Shown piece after piece: positions 12,002-24,292 of a stretch of DNA of 64,000 nucleotides. The number at the start of each line of letters is the position of its first letter. The stretch's first letter is position 1. The translations under genes were made by a program, and so were the position numbers. Source of the stretch: Octopus sinensis (taxonomy: Eukaryota); contig NW_021833276.1 of NCBI RefSeq assembly GCF_006345805.1, forward strand, positions 48,857 to 112,856, read 5' to 3'. The notes under the pieces are model-generated. The model was not told the DNA's origin, searched no databases, and saw only the letters and a program-made list of their open reading frames with translations.

Positions 12002-15000
12002 TCAAGTCAAAATAGAAAATGCTAAAATAATTTTATAAAGAACATTTCAGTACGGTTTTCGGTCCTTTTGAGACCTTTCAACTGTAACGATTAAATATTA
12101 AATTTAGAAAAACTAGAAGAAAAGTTTTTTTAAAGGATATTTGTATAGTAGTGTTCAAATATAAGTGGCATTCTGCCTTTCTCTGACTCCCTTGTTTGCA
12201 CTTGTGTGTTCGAGGTCGTTGTGAATTCTTGGTAGGGTAGAAGAAGAAGAAGGCTGAAGAGAGAGGGGGTGGAAGATTTGGGAGTGCCTTGATTGTTGTA
12301 TTTTGAATGGTCAGTGACGGCTAGCAGTTGCAGTTCAATTCAGGAGAATATTTCTATTGAATATTTGTTTATGGAATTTGCGTAGGTGTTTTACTAAAAA
12401 GCATTAGTGATAAAGTTAAGAGGTAGAAGGTGGAGCAGAAGAAGAAGAAGAAGATGACGATGTTGATGATGATGAGATGATGAAGAAGAAGAAGAAGAGA
12501 AGAAGAAGAGAAGGAGAGAAGAAGAAGATGATGATGATGAGATGGTGGTGATGATGATGACGATGATGATGATAATGATGATGATGAAGAAGAGAGGAAG
12601 AAGAAGAAACACAGAAAGGGAGAATATGAATGGGTGAAAGTAGTGAGGTGTTTGTATGACTTGAAGTTGGCATGTTATGAACCCTACGATACAGACTGAT
12701 CTCTAGATATCCTATGACTAGGTTGGCAAGAGGGGGGCCATTCGTGTACCCAACGCAGTCGCCGATTTTTGTCGGTAGAAGTTGTCATTGAAGGCGAAGA
12801 AGTATTTTTCCAGGATGAATTTAACCCCTTCTATCACGAATTCTTTTTTGATGCGATGTGGTAGTTCGTTGGCGTGATTCTCTAGCCAGAATTGTATTGC
12901 CTCTAGTCCTAGGTTGTGGGGGATATTGGAGTAGAGTTTGACTACATCGAAGGATACCAGTATGGTGTTTTTGTTTTATATTTCGGTAGGTGATTGAGCA
13001 TATCCAAGTCGTCCCTTATATAGCTTTTGACATGTTTGAGGAGTGGTTTTAACAGGGTGTCTAAAAAGTTACTGAGGCGGTGGGTTTCGCATGCGGGACC
13101 TGCTATTTTGGGTTAAATTCATCCTGGAAAATAACTTCTTCGCCTTCAATGACAACTTCTACCGACAAAAATCGGCGACTGCGATGGGTACACGAAATGC
13201 CCCCTCCTTTGCCAACCTAGTCATAGGATATCTAGAGATCAATCTGTATCGTAGGGTTCTAGAAAGATATGGCAGCCCTTTCTCTATCTACATAGAAAAC
13301 AACTGGAAGAGATATCTAGATGACTGTTTCATCCTTTGGCATGAAAATATTGAGAAACTCATAGAATTCCAGAAATTTAAACGGCCTGGACGTAAACATC
13401 CAATTCACGATGGAATACAGCCAGCACCAACTCCCCTTCCTCGATATCCTCATTAAGAAAGCTAATAATGTAATAGAAACAGACATATATTAATAAACCT
13501 ACAGACCTAAGCAATATCTCCATCATTCATGCCACCCCAGACACCACCAGGATGAATATCCCCTTCACTCTAGCAAAAAGGATATGCACTATAGTCTCTA
13601 ATGCAAACACCAGAGACTCACGACTACAAGAACTAAAAGATACCCTTATCACCAGGAACTATCCACCTTCACTTATTGACAAGTGCATTCAACTTGCCCT
13701 TCAACTTAACATCAAGGAACTGAGACATCCCAAATCAAAAAGAAAAACTTACTACCAAAAGCCTTACCATACCTTCTCCATACACACCCTCTCAATAACG
13801 AAGCCCCTCCCAGCACCATCCTCCACAACATACCCCTCCTAAAAAAGACCACAAAATGAACACAATTCCTCCAAACACACACGATCATAAAGCAAGAGAC
13901 AGCCTAGATCCATGAAACACAAGCCCGAATTCACTCTTCAACACAGAAGCCGACAGTAAAAAAATGTGAGACCCAATTGCGGGATATGCGACTATCTAAT
14001 GAGGGATCAGAGTTCTCCTTCAAACAGGGACAACGGTTCACAGTGAAAAGCAACTTCACATGTGTTTCGGAGAACCTAATATACTCACTAACCTGCTCCG
14101 GGTGTCAAGAGCAGTACGTAGGCCAAACAAAATATAGTTTGCGTAAAAGAATGGCCCTGCACAGATCCCAATAAAAATCCCCAAAACAGAAAAATAGCTT
14201 TCAGCCAACACATAGATACTTGCGCCAACACAAACACCAGCTTCAGGATTTTCCCCCTCTACCAATTTAGGGACGATACAAACCTCGAGACAACGAATAA
14301 GTAAAGAACTCTCTTTATTACAAATACAGGCCACTTCTTAACGGATCTACGACAAACGACTAATATACCTCAACTTTAGAATAAAAGAAATACACACACA
14401 ATATTACATTCCAAAGAATCCATTACTAATCAGCCCCAGTCCACAGCTATAATCCATAACATGCCAACTTCAAGTCATACAACACCTCACTACTTTCACC
14501 CATTCATATTCTCCCTTCTCTGTTTTCTTCTTCTTCCTCTTCTTCTTCATCATCATCATTATCATCATCATCGTCATCGTCATCACCACCATCATCATCA
14601 TCATCTTCTTCTTCTCCTTCTCCTTCTTCTTCTTCTTCTTCTTCTTCTTCTTCTTCTTCATCATCATGATCATCATCATCAACATCGTCATCTTCTTTCT
14701 TCTTCTTCTTCTTCTTCTTCTGCTCCACCTTCTACCTCTTAACTTTATCACTAATGCTTTTTAGTAAAACAGCCTTCTTCTTCTTCTACCCTACCAAGAA
14801 TTCACAACGACCTCAAACACACAAGTGCAAACAAGGGAATCAGAGACAGGCAGAATGCCACTTATATTTGAACACTACTATACAAATATTCCTTTAAAAA
14901 ACTTTTCTACTAATTTTTCTAAATTTAATTATTTAATCGTTACAGTTGAAAAGTCTCAAAATGACCGAAACCGTACTGAAATGTTCTTTATAAAATTATT

Positions 15001-15023
15001 TTAGCATTTTCTATTTTGACTTG
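12002..15023. mobile_element. Penelope-like element (Neptune-like) in head-to-head inverted arrangement: minus arm 12002-13111, plus arm 13110-15023
   Basis: The minus arm encodes IAGPACETHRLSNFLD..LVSFDVVKLYSNIPH..FILEN. The plus arm encodes FILENNFF..ATAMGTRNAPSFANL..WKRYLDDCF, a thumb region, a Cys-rich linker and GIY-YIG (LIYSLTCSGCQEQYVGQT..LRKRMALH). Region 12002-12680 is the reverse complement of about 14450-15023. Confidence 0.9.
13110..14345 (+). pseudogene. PLE RT (palm/thumb) and GIY-YIG endonuclease, frameshifted
   Basis: ORFs 13091-13456 (YLDD), 13552-13842 (PFTLAKRICTIVS..RNYPPSLID) and 13977-14174 (GIY-YIG). Confidence 0.9.
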
Positions 15024-15062
15024 TTTTTCATATATATCAACTCGTGTGTTCCTTTTCACCCT

Positions 15063-15101
<39 letters not shown>

Positions 15102-15321
15102 TGTATATATTATATATTATTCAAATTCCGTCAAGGTCGACTTTGCCTTTCAATCATTTCGGGGTCGATAAATTAAGTACCAGTTACGCACTGGGATCGA
15201 TGTAATCGACTTATATCCGTTTGTCTGTCCTTGTTTGTCCCCTCTATGTTTAGCCCCTTGTGGGTAGTAAGAAATATTATTATATATTATATATTATATA
15301 TTATATATTATATTTTATCAA

Positions 15322-15692
15322 AAAATAGTTTGCGTAAAAGAATGGCCCTGCACAGATCCCAGATACAAATTCCCCAAAACAGAAAAATAGCTTTCAGCCA
15401 ACACATAGATACTTGCGCCAACAACAAAACACCAGGCTTCAGGATTTTCCCCCTCTACCAATTTAGGGACGATACAACCTCTTGGTAGGGTAGAAGAAGA
15501 AGAAGGCTGAAGAGGAGAGGGGGTGGAAAGATTTGGGAGTGCCTTGATTGTTGTATTTTGAATGGTCAGTGACGGCTAGCAGTTGCAGTTCAATTCAGGA
15601 GAATATTTCTATTGAGAGATTTGTTTATGGAATTTGCGTAGGTGTTTTACTAAAAAGCATTAGTGATAAAGTTAAGAGGTAGAAGGTGGAGC
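15322..15692. mobile_element. Rearranged third fragment of the same PLE (plus-strand GIY-YIG tail joined at about 15480 to a minus-strand 3' region)
   Basis: 15322-15480 repeats about 14135-14285; 15480-15692 repeats about 12228-12440. Confidence 0.85.
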
Positions 15693-16544
15693 AGGTAGAA
15701 GCTGAAATGCGAAAAAGTTGGTTTCTTGGTTGTTTGTCTCATTTAAGAGGTGGTAGATGGAGTCGGATTGGCGCGAAATTTTACAGAGAGATGTAAAAAG
15801 AGACGAGAATGCAACTGGACTAGGTTAGAAACCTCTATCTCAAAAGCTGTGGTTACTAGGGCAACCCAGACTTTGACAAGTGTTTGTCGTTTCTCTTTTT
15901 CGGATATCACTCTGTCTTCCTCGATCTCTCTCTTTCCTTCCTTCCCTCCACATTCTCTCTATAACGACATTTGACACATTCCACCCTCATTCCCTCTCCG
16001 CCTTCGCCGTCTCTCTGTTACTCTTTCTCCCACTACCTCTCTCACTGTACTTCTGTCTGTATCTATAGAGAGAAAGCGTTAACAGCCGAAAAAGTTTTAA
16101 TATTCCTGCCACAGGTCTTTTAGAACAGTGAATTATTATCGCCCACCACCACCGCACAATCATAACAGATATTATTAATCAGATATGTTCTGTTAATCAA
16201 TATCTATATAGCTGAAATGCGAAAAAGTTGTTTAATTTCTTGGTTATTTGTCTCATTTGGGGATGGGAACGGTTGAACGGGCAGTAGATTGGGTCGGGTT
16301 GGTGCCAAAATTTGCAAAATGGGGTGGGCAATAGTGTGAGGAGGGTTGCGAGTCGCTCAGGGCTACAGTTTGGTTGCCATGGTTAAAGTAGCTAGGGTTG
16401 TCTTTTTACAAAAGTGAAAGGATTTTGTCTATTTATTTATTTTGACAGTGATTAAATTGACGCGGAACACTGTACCAATTAAGCAACCTAAACCGTCCAA
16501 ACAACGGGTGCGTTTGCTGGTATATAATATATATATATATATAT

Positions 16545-16830
16545 GGAGGCGTAATGGCCCAGTGGTTAGGGCAGCGGACTCGCTGTCGGAGGATCGCGGT
16601 TTCGATTCCCAGACCGGGCGTTGTGTGTGTTTATTGAGCGAAAACACCTAAAGCTCCACGAGGCTCAGGCAGGAGGTGGTGGCGACCCCAGTTGTACTCT
16701 TTCGCCTCAAATTTCTCTCACTCTTTCTTCCTGTTTCTTGAGTACCGCTGCGATTGACTGGCGTTCCGTCCAGCAGGGAGGAATACACACGCCATAGAAA
16801 CCGGGAAACCAGGCTTGAAAAGGGCGCATA
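16545..16830 (+). mobile_element. tRNA-derived SINE with (AC)n tail
   Basis: A box TGGCCCAGTGG (16555-16565) and B box GGTTTCGATTCC (about 16598-16609). The body gcgattgactggcgttccgtccag...ccatagaaaccggg resembles Meta/V-type SINE central domains (from memory, unverified). (AC)n at 16831-16897. Confidence 0.8.
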
Positions 16831-16841
16831 ACACACACACA

Positions 16842-16934
<93 letters not shown>

Positions 16935-16986
16935 CCATATTTATAAATATGTGTACATACATTCACGCTCACACACATACACAATA

Positions 16987-17482
16987 TAACTGTTGTTAAA
17001 CACCACTGCGGGCGTTAGAAACACCTACGTCGCTAGAAATTAGAGCTAAACGTTCTTATGTTGCAGTCAAAGCACATAATTGCATACATAATTGCAGACA
17101 GGGACCATAATAGCTCGAAAAGCAGCGGTCAAGATATTCTCAGACTGATCAATCACTTTCGGCTTTCGCCGTAGCCTCTTCATTGGAATCGGCCCGACTC
17201 GGCTGTTCTGGGTAATGATCAATCCCAGCATATATATCAGACGCAATAGAAATCTATTGATGATTTAGCGAATCGCTAATGTGTATAGAAATAATTGATG
17301 TAGGCAGCAGTAAGCTGGTAAATCTCGATCGCTGCTTTTCGGGCGATTATAATTACGATTACGATCCCTCTCAGCATGCATACATACAATAATGTGCTGT
17401 GATTGCAACATTAGAGCGTTTAGCTCTTATTTCTAGCAATATGGGTGTTTCTAACACACTCAGTTATATTTAATGACGGTTA
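16987..17482. mobile_element. MITE / fold-back element of about 500 bp with long imperfect TIRs (about 150 bp) and TA flanks
   Basis: Left gttagaaacacc..gctagaaattagagctaaacg..ttgcagtca..gcacat..cgaaaagcagcgg..agat mirrors the right arm 17322-17482. The ends TAAC.../...GTTA are flanked by TA. Confidence 0.7.
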
Positions 17483-17564
17483 TAGTTTCCTTGCAGGTAC
17501 ATACATGCTTACTGCTGCGTAGATAAATTTTATAAAAACATACATACATACATACATACATACA

Positions 17565-17627
<63 letters not shown>

Positions 17628-17762
17628 TATATATATACATATACACATATATATATATATATATCATATACATACATATATATATATATATATATAATAG
17701 AATATATATATAATATATATATATATATTATATATATATATATATATAATATACTTATTTTA

Positions 17763-17980
17763 AGCAGCAGAAAATTCAACAAAATCTGTTACTCTGAGTT
17801 TCTCGTTGCCGTTCATCAGACAGTTTTTGCTAGAAAAAACTGTCTGATGAACGGCAACGAGAAACTAAGAGTAACAGATTTTGTTGAATTTTCTTCTGCT
17901 TAAAATAAAGCATATTACTCTACCACTGGTATTGAGTACTCTTTTTTCCACCTTGTTTCACATTTATGTGTTTACTCCGG
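17763..17980. mobile_element. Short fold-back repeat (near-perfect hairpin 17763-17900 plus a tail of about 80 bp) carrying hammerhead motifs in both arms
   Basis: Arms 17763-17828 and 17835-17900 are reverse complements. Plus-strand motif at 17840-17877 and minus-strand motif at 17786-17823. A diverged second copy lies at about 18003-18215 and a partial copy at about 11255-11305. Confidence 0.75.
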
Positions 17981-18002
17981 TATATATATATATATATATA
18001 TT

Positions 18003-18215
18003 AAAAAGCAGCAGGACTATCACAAAATTTGTTACTTAGAGTATCATGTTCCCGTTCGTCAGCAATAAAAACTGTCCAACGAACGGGAGTGTGAAACTCT
18101 GAGAAACAGATATTGTGATAGTTCTGCTGCTTTTTAATGAAGCATATTACTCTACCTCTGGTATTAAAGAACTATTCTTTCCACATTGTTTCGCATTTAC
18201 GTGCTTACTATGGTA
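18003..18215. mobile_element. Diverged second copy of the hammerhead fold-back repeat
   Basis: Hairpin cagcaggactatcacaaa...ttgtgatagttctgctg and the same tail (aagcatattactctacc.ctggtatt...). Confidence 0.7.
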
Positions 18216-18687
18216 TATGTCTATATATATATATATATATAAAAATTACATATAAATATACATAAATAAATATATGCTTTTCAAAAGAAGATTTGTTTTT
18301 TCTAGCCCCGAGCTGCGTAAACTAATAAGGAGAGTACAGGAGGTGAGACAAGCTGACTGACAGGTGACGGTCGTTTAGAAAAAGCGCGGGCTAAAACTAC
18401 GCGCCTTCACTAGTCAGTTAAGGTGAGACAGTGTCACGTGACAACTTGCTGGGGCTGCCTGCTGGAGCCTATGCGGCAGGTATTTAAAGAGAGAAATTTG
18501 ACAAGACAGTCAGTCACCGGCTGACACTCGCTGACGATACATCGAAGAGGCCAGGGAACAGAAGAAAGAAGAGAGAAGACATGCACCCAACACCAGAGCT
18601 GAAGACACCTCCGAAAGGGGGGAGGGGCACGTCAAAACGATAGAGGAGTAGGGGCCGTCGCAACCGACGGAATGCTCCTCCTATATA

Positions 18688-19431
18688 TCTATATATATAA
18701 AACTCAACTTGTGTGTATCTGTGTGTGTCTGTGTGTTTAACTTCCCGACACATCTCCTCCTAACCAATAAATCGTAGAACCACCAAAAATGGGTCACTTA
18801 AAGTTTAGACGAATGAAAATTGAACTGCGCTATTTCTGTTCCGAAATTCATCTCGCAAGCGCAAAAATCGATAATGTGTTTGTTTAGGCCTTATCCTATG
18901 CATTGAATAGTGAACTTTACTCAGTCAGCTGTTTGACGTGAACTGTGTTCACCAAGCGTGCAAGCATGCGTAAATTACATGAAAAATTAAAAAAATCAAG
19001 ATATAAAAACGAATCGCCGTAAACATTGTAGAAATTCGGCAAAGAAATGAATTTTCGGGATGTGGCATGGAGGGTTTTTTCGTATTAATCGTTTGGACTT
19101 TGTGAACACATACCAATTGTTTTCATAATATTTTTAACGCTTTGAATTAAATGTGACCATTTTGCGCTGAGTCTGCAGTTTGAATCACTTTAACCAAATT
19201 TTAGCAGGCCGGATTTTTGATCATCACGATACATCGCCAGCGACTCCTGATACTCTCAAACGCTTCTACGTATTCCTATTGAGGAAATAGAACATATAAG
19301 CGCAAAAATAGAGGGCATTAATGCTTGATTTTAAAACCAAACTAATTGAATTTTGATTGAACTTCATCCAAGTTTAGCTTAACTCGCGCGTGCACAGAAC
19401 GCACGAGCGCACGAGCCGGGCAATACTGCTA

Positions 19432-19432
<1 letters not shown>
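18688..19432 (+). mobile_element. Non-autonomous Helitron
   Basis: 5' A|TCTATATATATAAAA; 3' subterminal GC-rich hairpin cgcgcgtgc-acagaac-gcacgagcg; terminal CTAG|T; inserted at an AT site with no TSD or TIR. Confidence 0.7.
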
Positions 19433-19517
<85 letters not shown>

Positions 19518-19520
19518 TAA

Positions 19521-19817
19521 AGGGTAAAGACCCCCTTCGGTCATGAATGACCATGGGATTGCACCTAGAAAGTTACCCTCCTAGACACAAGTCTGGGCAA
19601 GGTTGTTATGGAAGACCAGCAGTCGCCCATGCATACCAGCCTCCCCTCTCCACACCACCAGTGTTATCCAAGGGAAAGACAAAGGTCGATACAGCTTGGC
19701 ACCAGTGACGTCACAACTCATTTCTACAGCTGAGTGAACTGGAGCAACGTGAAATAAAGTGCCTTGCTCAAGAACCCAACACGCAGCCCGGTCCGGGATT
19801 CGAGCTCACAACCTCAT
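19521..19817 (-). mobile_element. 5'-truncated tRNA-derived SINE (CORE-like body)
   Basis: Minus strand has B box gagctcgaatccc, then cttgagcaaggcactttatttcac..ccagttcactcagctgtagaaatgag. Flanked by (TA)n. Confidence 0.65.
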
Positions 19818-20071
19818 ATATAATATATATATATATATAAACTATACGAACAGACACCAACCAAAAGTCATTACAGTTGCTCCCATTGGAACACAAGGTA
19901 AAATCTAAAATGAATTCCTCGCTTTTTCAAGAACATGAATTTTTTATATTGAATGCATATCACCACTATGAACTACTACATCATACTCTTTAAACATATA
20001 GCATGGACTCGCTTCACTATATATGAATTTTTTATATTTGATAGCATGAACTATCTTTTTTATGTATAAAA

Positions 20072-20120
20072 TTTTTTTGATAAGGTTCGTCATTTCAAGA
20101 ACCGAAACATGTTAAATAAA
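20072..20120 (+). ncRNA. Putative minimal type I hammerhead, U3-A8 variant, weak stem I
   Basis: TTGATAA-GGTTC-gtcatttcaa-GAACC-GAAA-CATG-TT: 5-bp stem II, palindromic ACATGT stem III, GUU triplet. Stem I is only A/T pairs with a mismatch. Confidence 0.5.
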
Positions 20121-20221
20121 TAATGTATATATATAAAAATAAAAAATTTGTCTAATATAGCAGCATTTTCAAACTTCATTTTTTACAAATATATACCCAC
20201 TCGTATACGAGCTAATCTTAT

Positions 20222-20262
<41 letters not shown>

Positions 20263-20416
20263 AGCCGAAATCTGCGATGAGGAATCGGTTTCTGACTGAA
20301 GAACGAAGGCTTTGAATGACCCGTCTGTCTCTTATGTTCGTCCCTTCGTGTATTTCACGTTATTTATTTATGTAAATGTTTATTATATATATATTACATG
20401 TATATGTATATATATA

Positions 20417-21645
20417 TTGGGTCATCTCATAAATAATACGGCTTTTTTCAATTGCATGAACTAAAAGTCGGTGGGGAACGGGATAAACTACCTGCATTAG
20501 CTATAAAAGAAGGTAGTAATTTTACCTTGTCTTTATTCTTAGTGCAATACTGCAAGTTTTGAAGAGTGGAGTTCAGTTTTAACAGTTATTCTTTCAATAC
20601 TATAATGGGAGTGACAAAGAAGCATATTCGGCATATTTTGCTTTATGAGTTCAGTAAAGGCAACAACGCAACGGAAAGTGCAAGGAATAGTAATGCAGTA
20701 TATGGGGATCGGACAATAAGCGTAAACCAGCGTCAGCAGTGGTTTCAGAAATTCCGAACCGAAAACTTCAGCCTAGAAGACGAGTCTCGTCCTGGAAAAT
20801 CTTTAGAGCTCGACGAGGTGACCTCCTGCAAAGCCTGGTGGAACAAAATCCCATCGTAACTGTTGAGAATCTTGGATTTGGTCATTCAACCATTCATCAA
20901 CATATGAATGCCATCGGAAAAGTCAGGAAATTAGGTCCACGGGTTCCTCACAAACTTTCCGAGTCTAATCGCGCAGAGAGTGAATGTGTGCTCTTCTTTT
21001 CTGTCACCTTTCACGAACGAACCTTTTTGGGACCAAATAGTGACTGGTGATGAGAAATGTGTTCTCTATAAAAATGTCAAGCGCCGAAGACTGGCACCCC
21101 AGGCTAAAGAAGGACTTCACCTACGTAAGGTGCTGTTATCTGTTTGGTGAGATATGAAAAGTTTAATCCACTTTTAACTTTTAAACTCAAACCAAAGGAA
21201 ACAAAGGAGCTTGAGCGGCTTAAGTTAGCACTAGAAGGAAAACGACCATCTTTGGTTTCAAAGCGAAAGATATTCTTCCATCAGGGTAATACTCGGCCAC
21301 ATACAACGAGGATGACATTCCAAAGGTTGGAGCAGTTTGGATGGGAAACGATGCCCCACCCACCATATACATCGGACGTTGCCTCATCTGATTATCATTT
21401 ATATCAAAAGCATTTGGGCAGAGAAAATATGAATTCTGTAGAAGAGGTCAGAACAGTACTGGAAGAGTATTTTTCTTCACGAACAAATAAATTTTGGAAA
21501 AGAGGCATTGTAAATATACCAGACAGATGGAAGAGCATTGTAGAAAATGAAAGAGAGTATATTTTAGATAAAAAAAAAGAACTTTGTTTATCTTAATTTT
21601 GAAAAATAAAAAATCTATAAAAAAACGCATAATGGGATGACCCAA
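20417..21645 (+). mobile_element. Mariner (Tc1/mariner, DD34D-type) transposon, degraded transposase
   Basis: TIRs TTGGGTCATC.CAT..ATAAT.CG / CGCATAATGGGATGACCCAA and TA on the left. HTH (HIRHILLYEF..WFQKFR), VPHKLSE, IVTGDEK, FHQGNTRPH, HPPYTSDVASSDYHL. Confidence 0.92.
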
Positions 21646-21663
21646 TTCGCGCGCGCGCGCACA

Positions 21664-21701
<38 letters not shown>

Positions 21702-22499
21702 TACATACAGGTGTGTCTTTCTATATCTGCGATGATCAGAGTGGGTGCGTACGTATATATAAATATATTTCCACTAATGCACTTGATTACCTTTTGGACA
21801 TAGGACTCTTTCTATATATATATCTATATTCACATTTTCATTGCTGATGACGTTCCCTACAGAGGCACAAATGTAATTCTTTCTCAAATAAATTGCACTT
21901 CATAGCTGAAGCTGCAATGAAACTATAGGATGTTATTCATACATTCAAATATGAGTCCAATACTCCTTAGAGCAGAAACAGCTGTATGCTAATGAAGTTC
22001 ATAAGATAATCATTTATTACTTTGTTATCTCTCTTCCTTTTTACCACTTCATACTCGGCTAACACTTCATTCTGAAACATTCGTATACTGAGTTCTTCGC
22101 CAGATGATTAATCCCGCAATGCCTAAGCGCGAAATGTTACATCATCAACATCATATGTTGTATGTATGTATGTATGTATGTATGTATGTATGTATGTATG
22201 TATGTATGCATATATGTATGCTTGTATGTGTGTATGCATATATGTATGCATGTATGTGTGTGTGTATGTGTGTACAAGTTGTAACTACCGATAAAGTTTA
22301 CATATGAAATTTTAAAATTTAGCCTCCAAGCCTTATTTTGGGTATGTCCCTAGTAGTGTGTCGGCAGAGCACGTTCAACACTTACGACTACCAAATGTCA
22401 TCGGCCGTAAATTGAGTTTGGTCCTTAGAATGACCGACTTTAAAGTGTATCTGGCTCCGTCGAGGGTAGACTCGTAAGTCGACGTCAAAATCCACAGGC

Positions 22500-22789
22500 A
22501 GTCATTGTTTGAGCGGCTGTTGACAGCCACTAGAAGGTCTCACCTCGTTTATGTACCCTCGGATGTTAAAATTAACACCCAGCCATACATTAGTGACATT
22601 CTGGAAACTGAACTGCTTCTGTGGGCAAATGAGCGCTTTCAAGGCACACCTTGAAGCTTCCAACAGGACTCACCACCATCCCACAGCTTCAAACAGATAC
22701 TACATTGGATTCAGAAAAACATTCCATTGTTCATAGGTAAGGATGTATGGCCCATAAAAAGCCCCAATCTCAGACCATTGGATTTTCCT
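22500..22789 (+). pseudogene. Tc1/mariner DD37D (maT-like) transposase fragment
   Basis: Manual translation VKINTQPYISDIL..W..FQQDSPPSH..W..FIGKDVWPIKSPNLRPLDF, with 37 residues between the QQD and PLD aspartates. One stop and one frameshift. Confidence 0.8.
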
Positions 22790-22792
22790 ATA

Positions 22793-22834
<42 letters not shown>

Positions 22835-22855
22835 CACACAAATAACAGATAGATA

Positions 22856-22988
<133 letters not shown>

Positions 22989-24182
22989 TGTTTCTTTATT
23001 AGCCACACAGGGCTACACACAGACAGGATAAATTACAGGGTAGAGCTTTTCTTTTGGGCATAAAAACAGGGGAGTTGGTTTTCGATCAAAAGTGATCGTA
23101 AAAGGAAAGAAAGAGGACAAAAAAGGGGGCGGATAAAATTATTAAAAAAAGTGGGGAAGATAAAAAAAGAGAAAGGAAAAAATTGATCAATAGGGATCGT
23201 TATCACAGAAATGTCAATATAAATGGTAAAGGGGAGGACAGGTGAGGTTTACCCGTGGAAAGAAAAGCCTACGGAAAAGACCACGGTAACCTCGCTCAAT
23301 GAAGTCACATGTTATATTTTTTTTTACAAATAAGCAACTCTCTGTATTAATTTTTACGGTTCATAGGATCATAGTCAAGATGGCTTCGTCATTCATACGT
23401 GCCATCCTTGCTACATTCACCCATCTTTTTTTAAAACATTCACTAGACAAAACTTGCGTCTCTACTCTCAATTTCCTCTTCAAGTGATATTTGAAGAAGT
23501 TGATGAGAGATTGACCAGAGAGGAATGTGTTTGTCTCTAATCCTTTCAGGCGCGTCCACCAGATACATTCTTTCGCCAAGGGCACAAGTATGATGAAAAT
23601 AGCTCTTCCTTCCCGTTTGAAGGAAGGAGGCGTGACGATATTAACGATAGACTCGGCTGATAAACCGACACGTCCCACACGTGACAGCAGTCGTTCGATA
23701 TAATCCCACAGGTCGGAGATTGTTGGACACTGCACGATTGCGTGCAGAAAGGTTTCGTCGCTCTGCTCGCATCTCGGGCAGGTCGGCCCCGTGTTTCTCG
23801 AGCCATGCCTATAGAGCTTATCCCGAACGGGTAACGCTTCTCGGTAGCACCGCCAGGCCAGGGATCTCTGGAAGTTGTCCATAGGTCCCGGCCCGAAAGT
23901 CGTTTCAAACAGGCGGGTCAGGTATTCCTCGTCGACGCCCAGGTTTGCCCCAAGATCATCGTCTTACCTCCCCTCCACTAATCCCCTATAGAATGCTTTG
24001 GTTGTGCTGAAGTCACTCAAGGTCGACCCGGGACGGCAGAGTTGCTTGAGAGCAACGCGACACTCGCGGTGCCATTCGCTCGTCCTCGGCCTCTTTTTGA
24101 TCCACGAATGCAGTTCGGTCATGAAGACGAGCTGCGGGAACGCGTGCCTCACAAACGGCGACCACACCTGTTCACCGTCGTC
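22989..24182 (-). mobile_element. Tx1 copy D, 5'-truncated (ORF2 C-terminus plus 3' UTR of about 370 bp), related subfamily
   Basis: ORF 23361-23882 (MDNFQRSLAWRCY..CPRCEQSDETFLHAIVQC) is homologous to copy A. The 3' end gccctgtgtggctaataaagaaaca is followed by (TATC)n, and the 5' truncation point also abuts (TATC)n (plus-strand GATA arrays 22847-22988 and 24184-24292). Confidence 0.93.
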
Positions 24183-24205
24183 TGATAGATAGATAGACAG
24201 ATAGT

Positions 24206-24292
<87 letters not shown>

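Noticed and set aside
16545-16620. tRNA gene
   Set aside because: It has A/B boxes but no complete cloverleaf acceptor stem, and it continues into a SINE body and (AC)n tail.
18310-18687. GC-richer segment with a TATA-like motif and CTGAAGA...GAAA, a possible LTR or hammerhead
   Set aside because: Stems I and III cannot be formed consistently and there is no second copy in the window; left unannotated.
21830-22140. Scattered CTGATGA and GAAACAGCTGTA motifs
   Set aside because: The half-motifs do not assemble into a three-stem junction.
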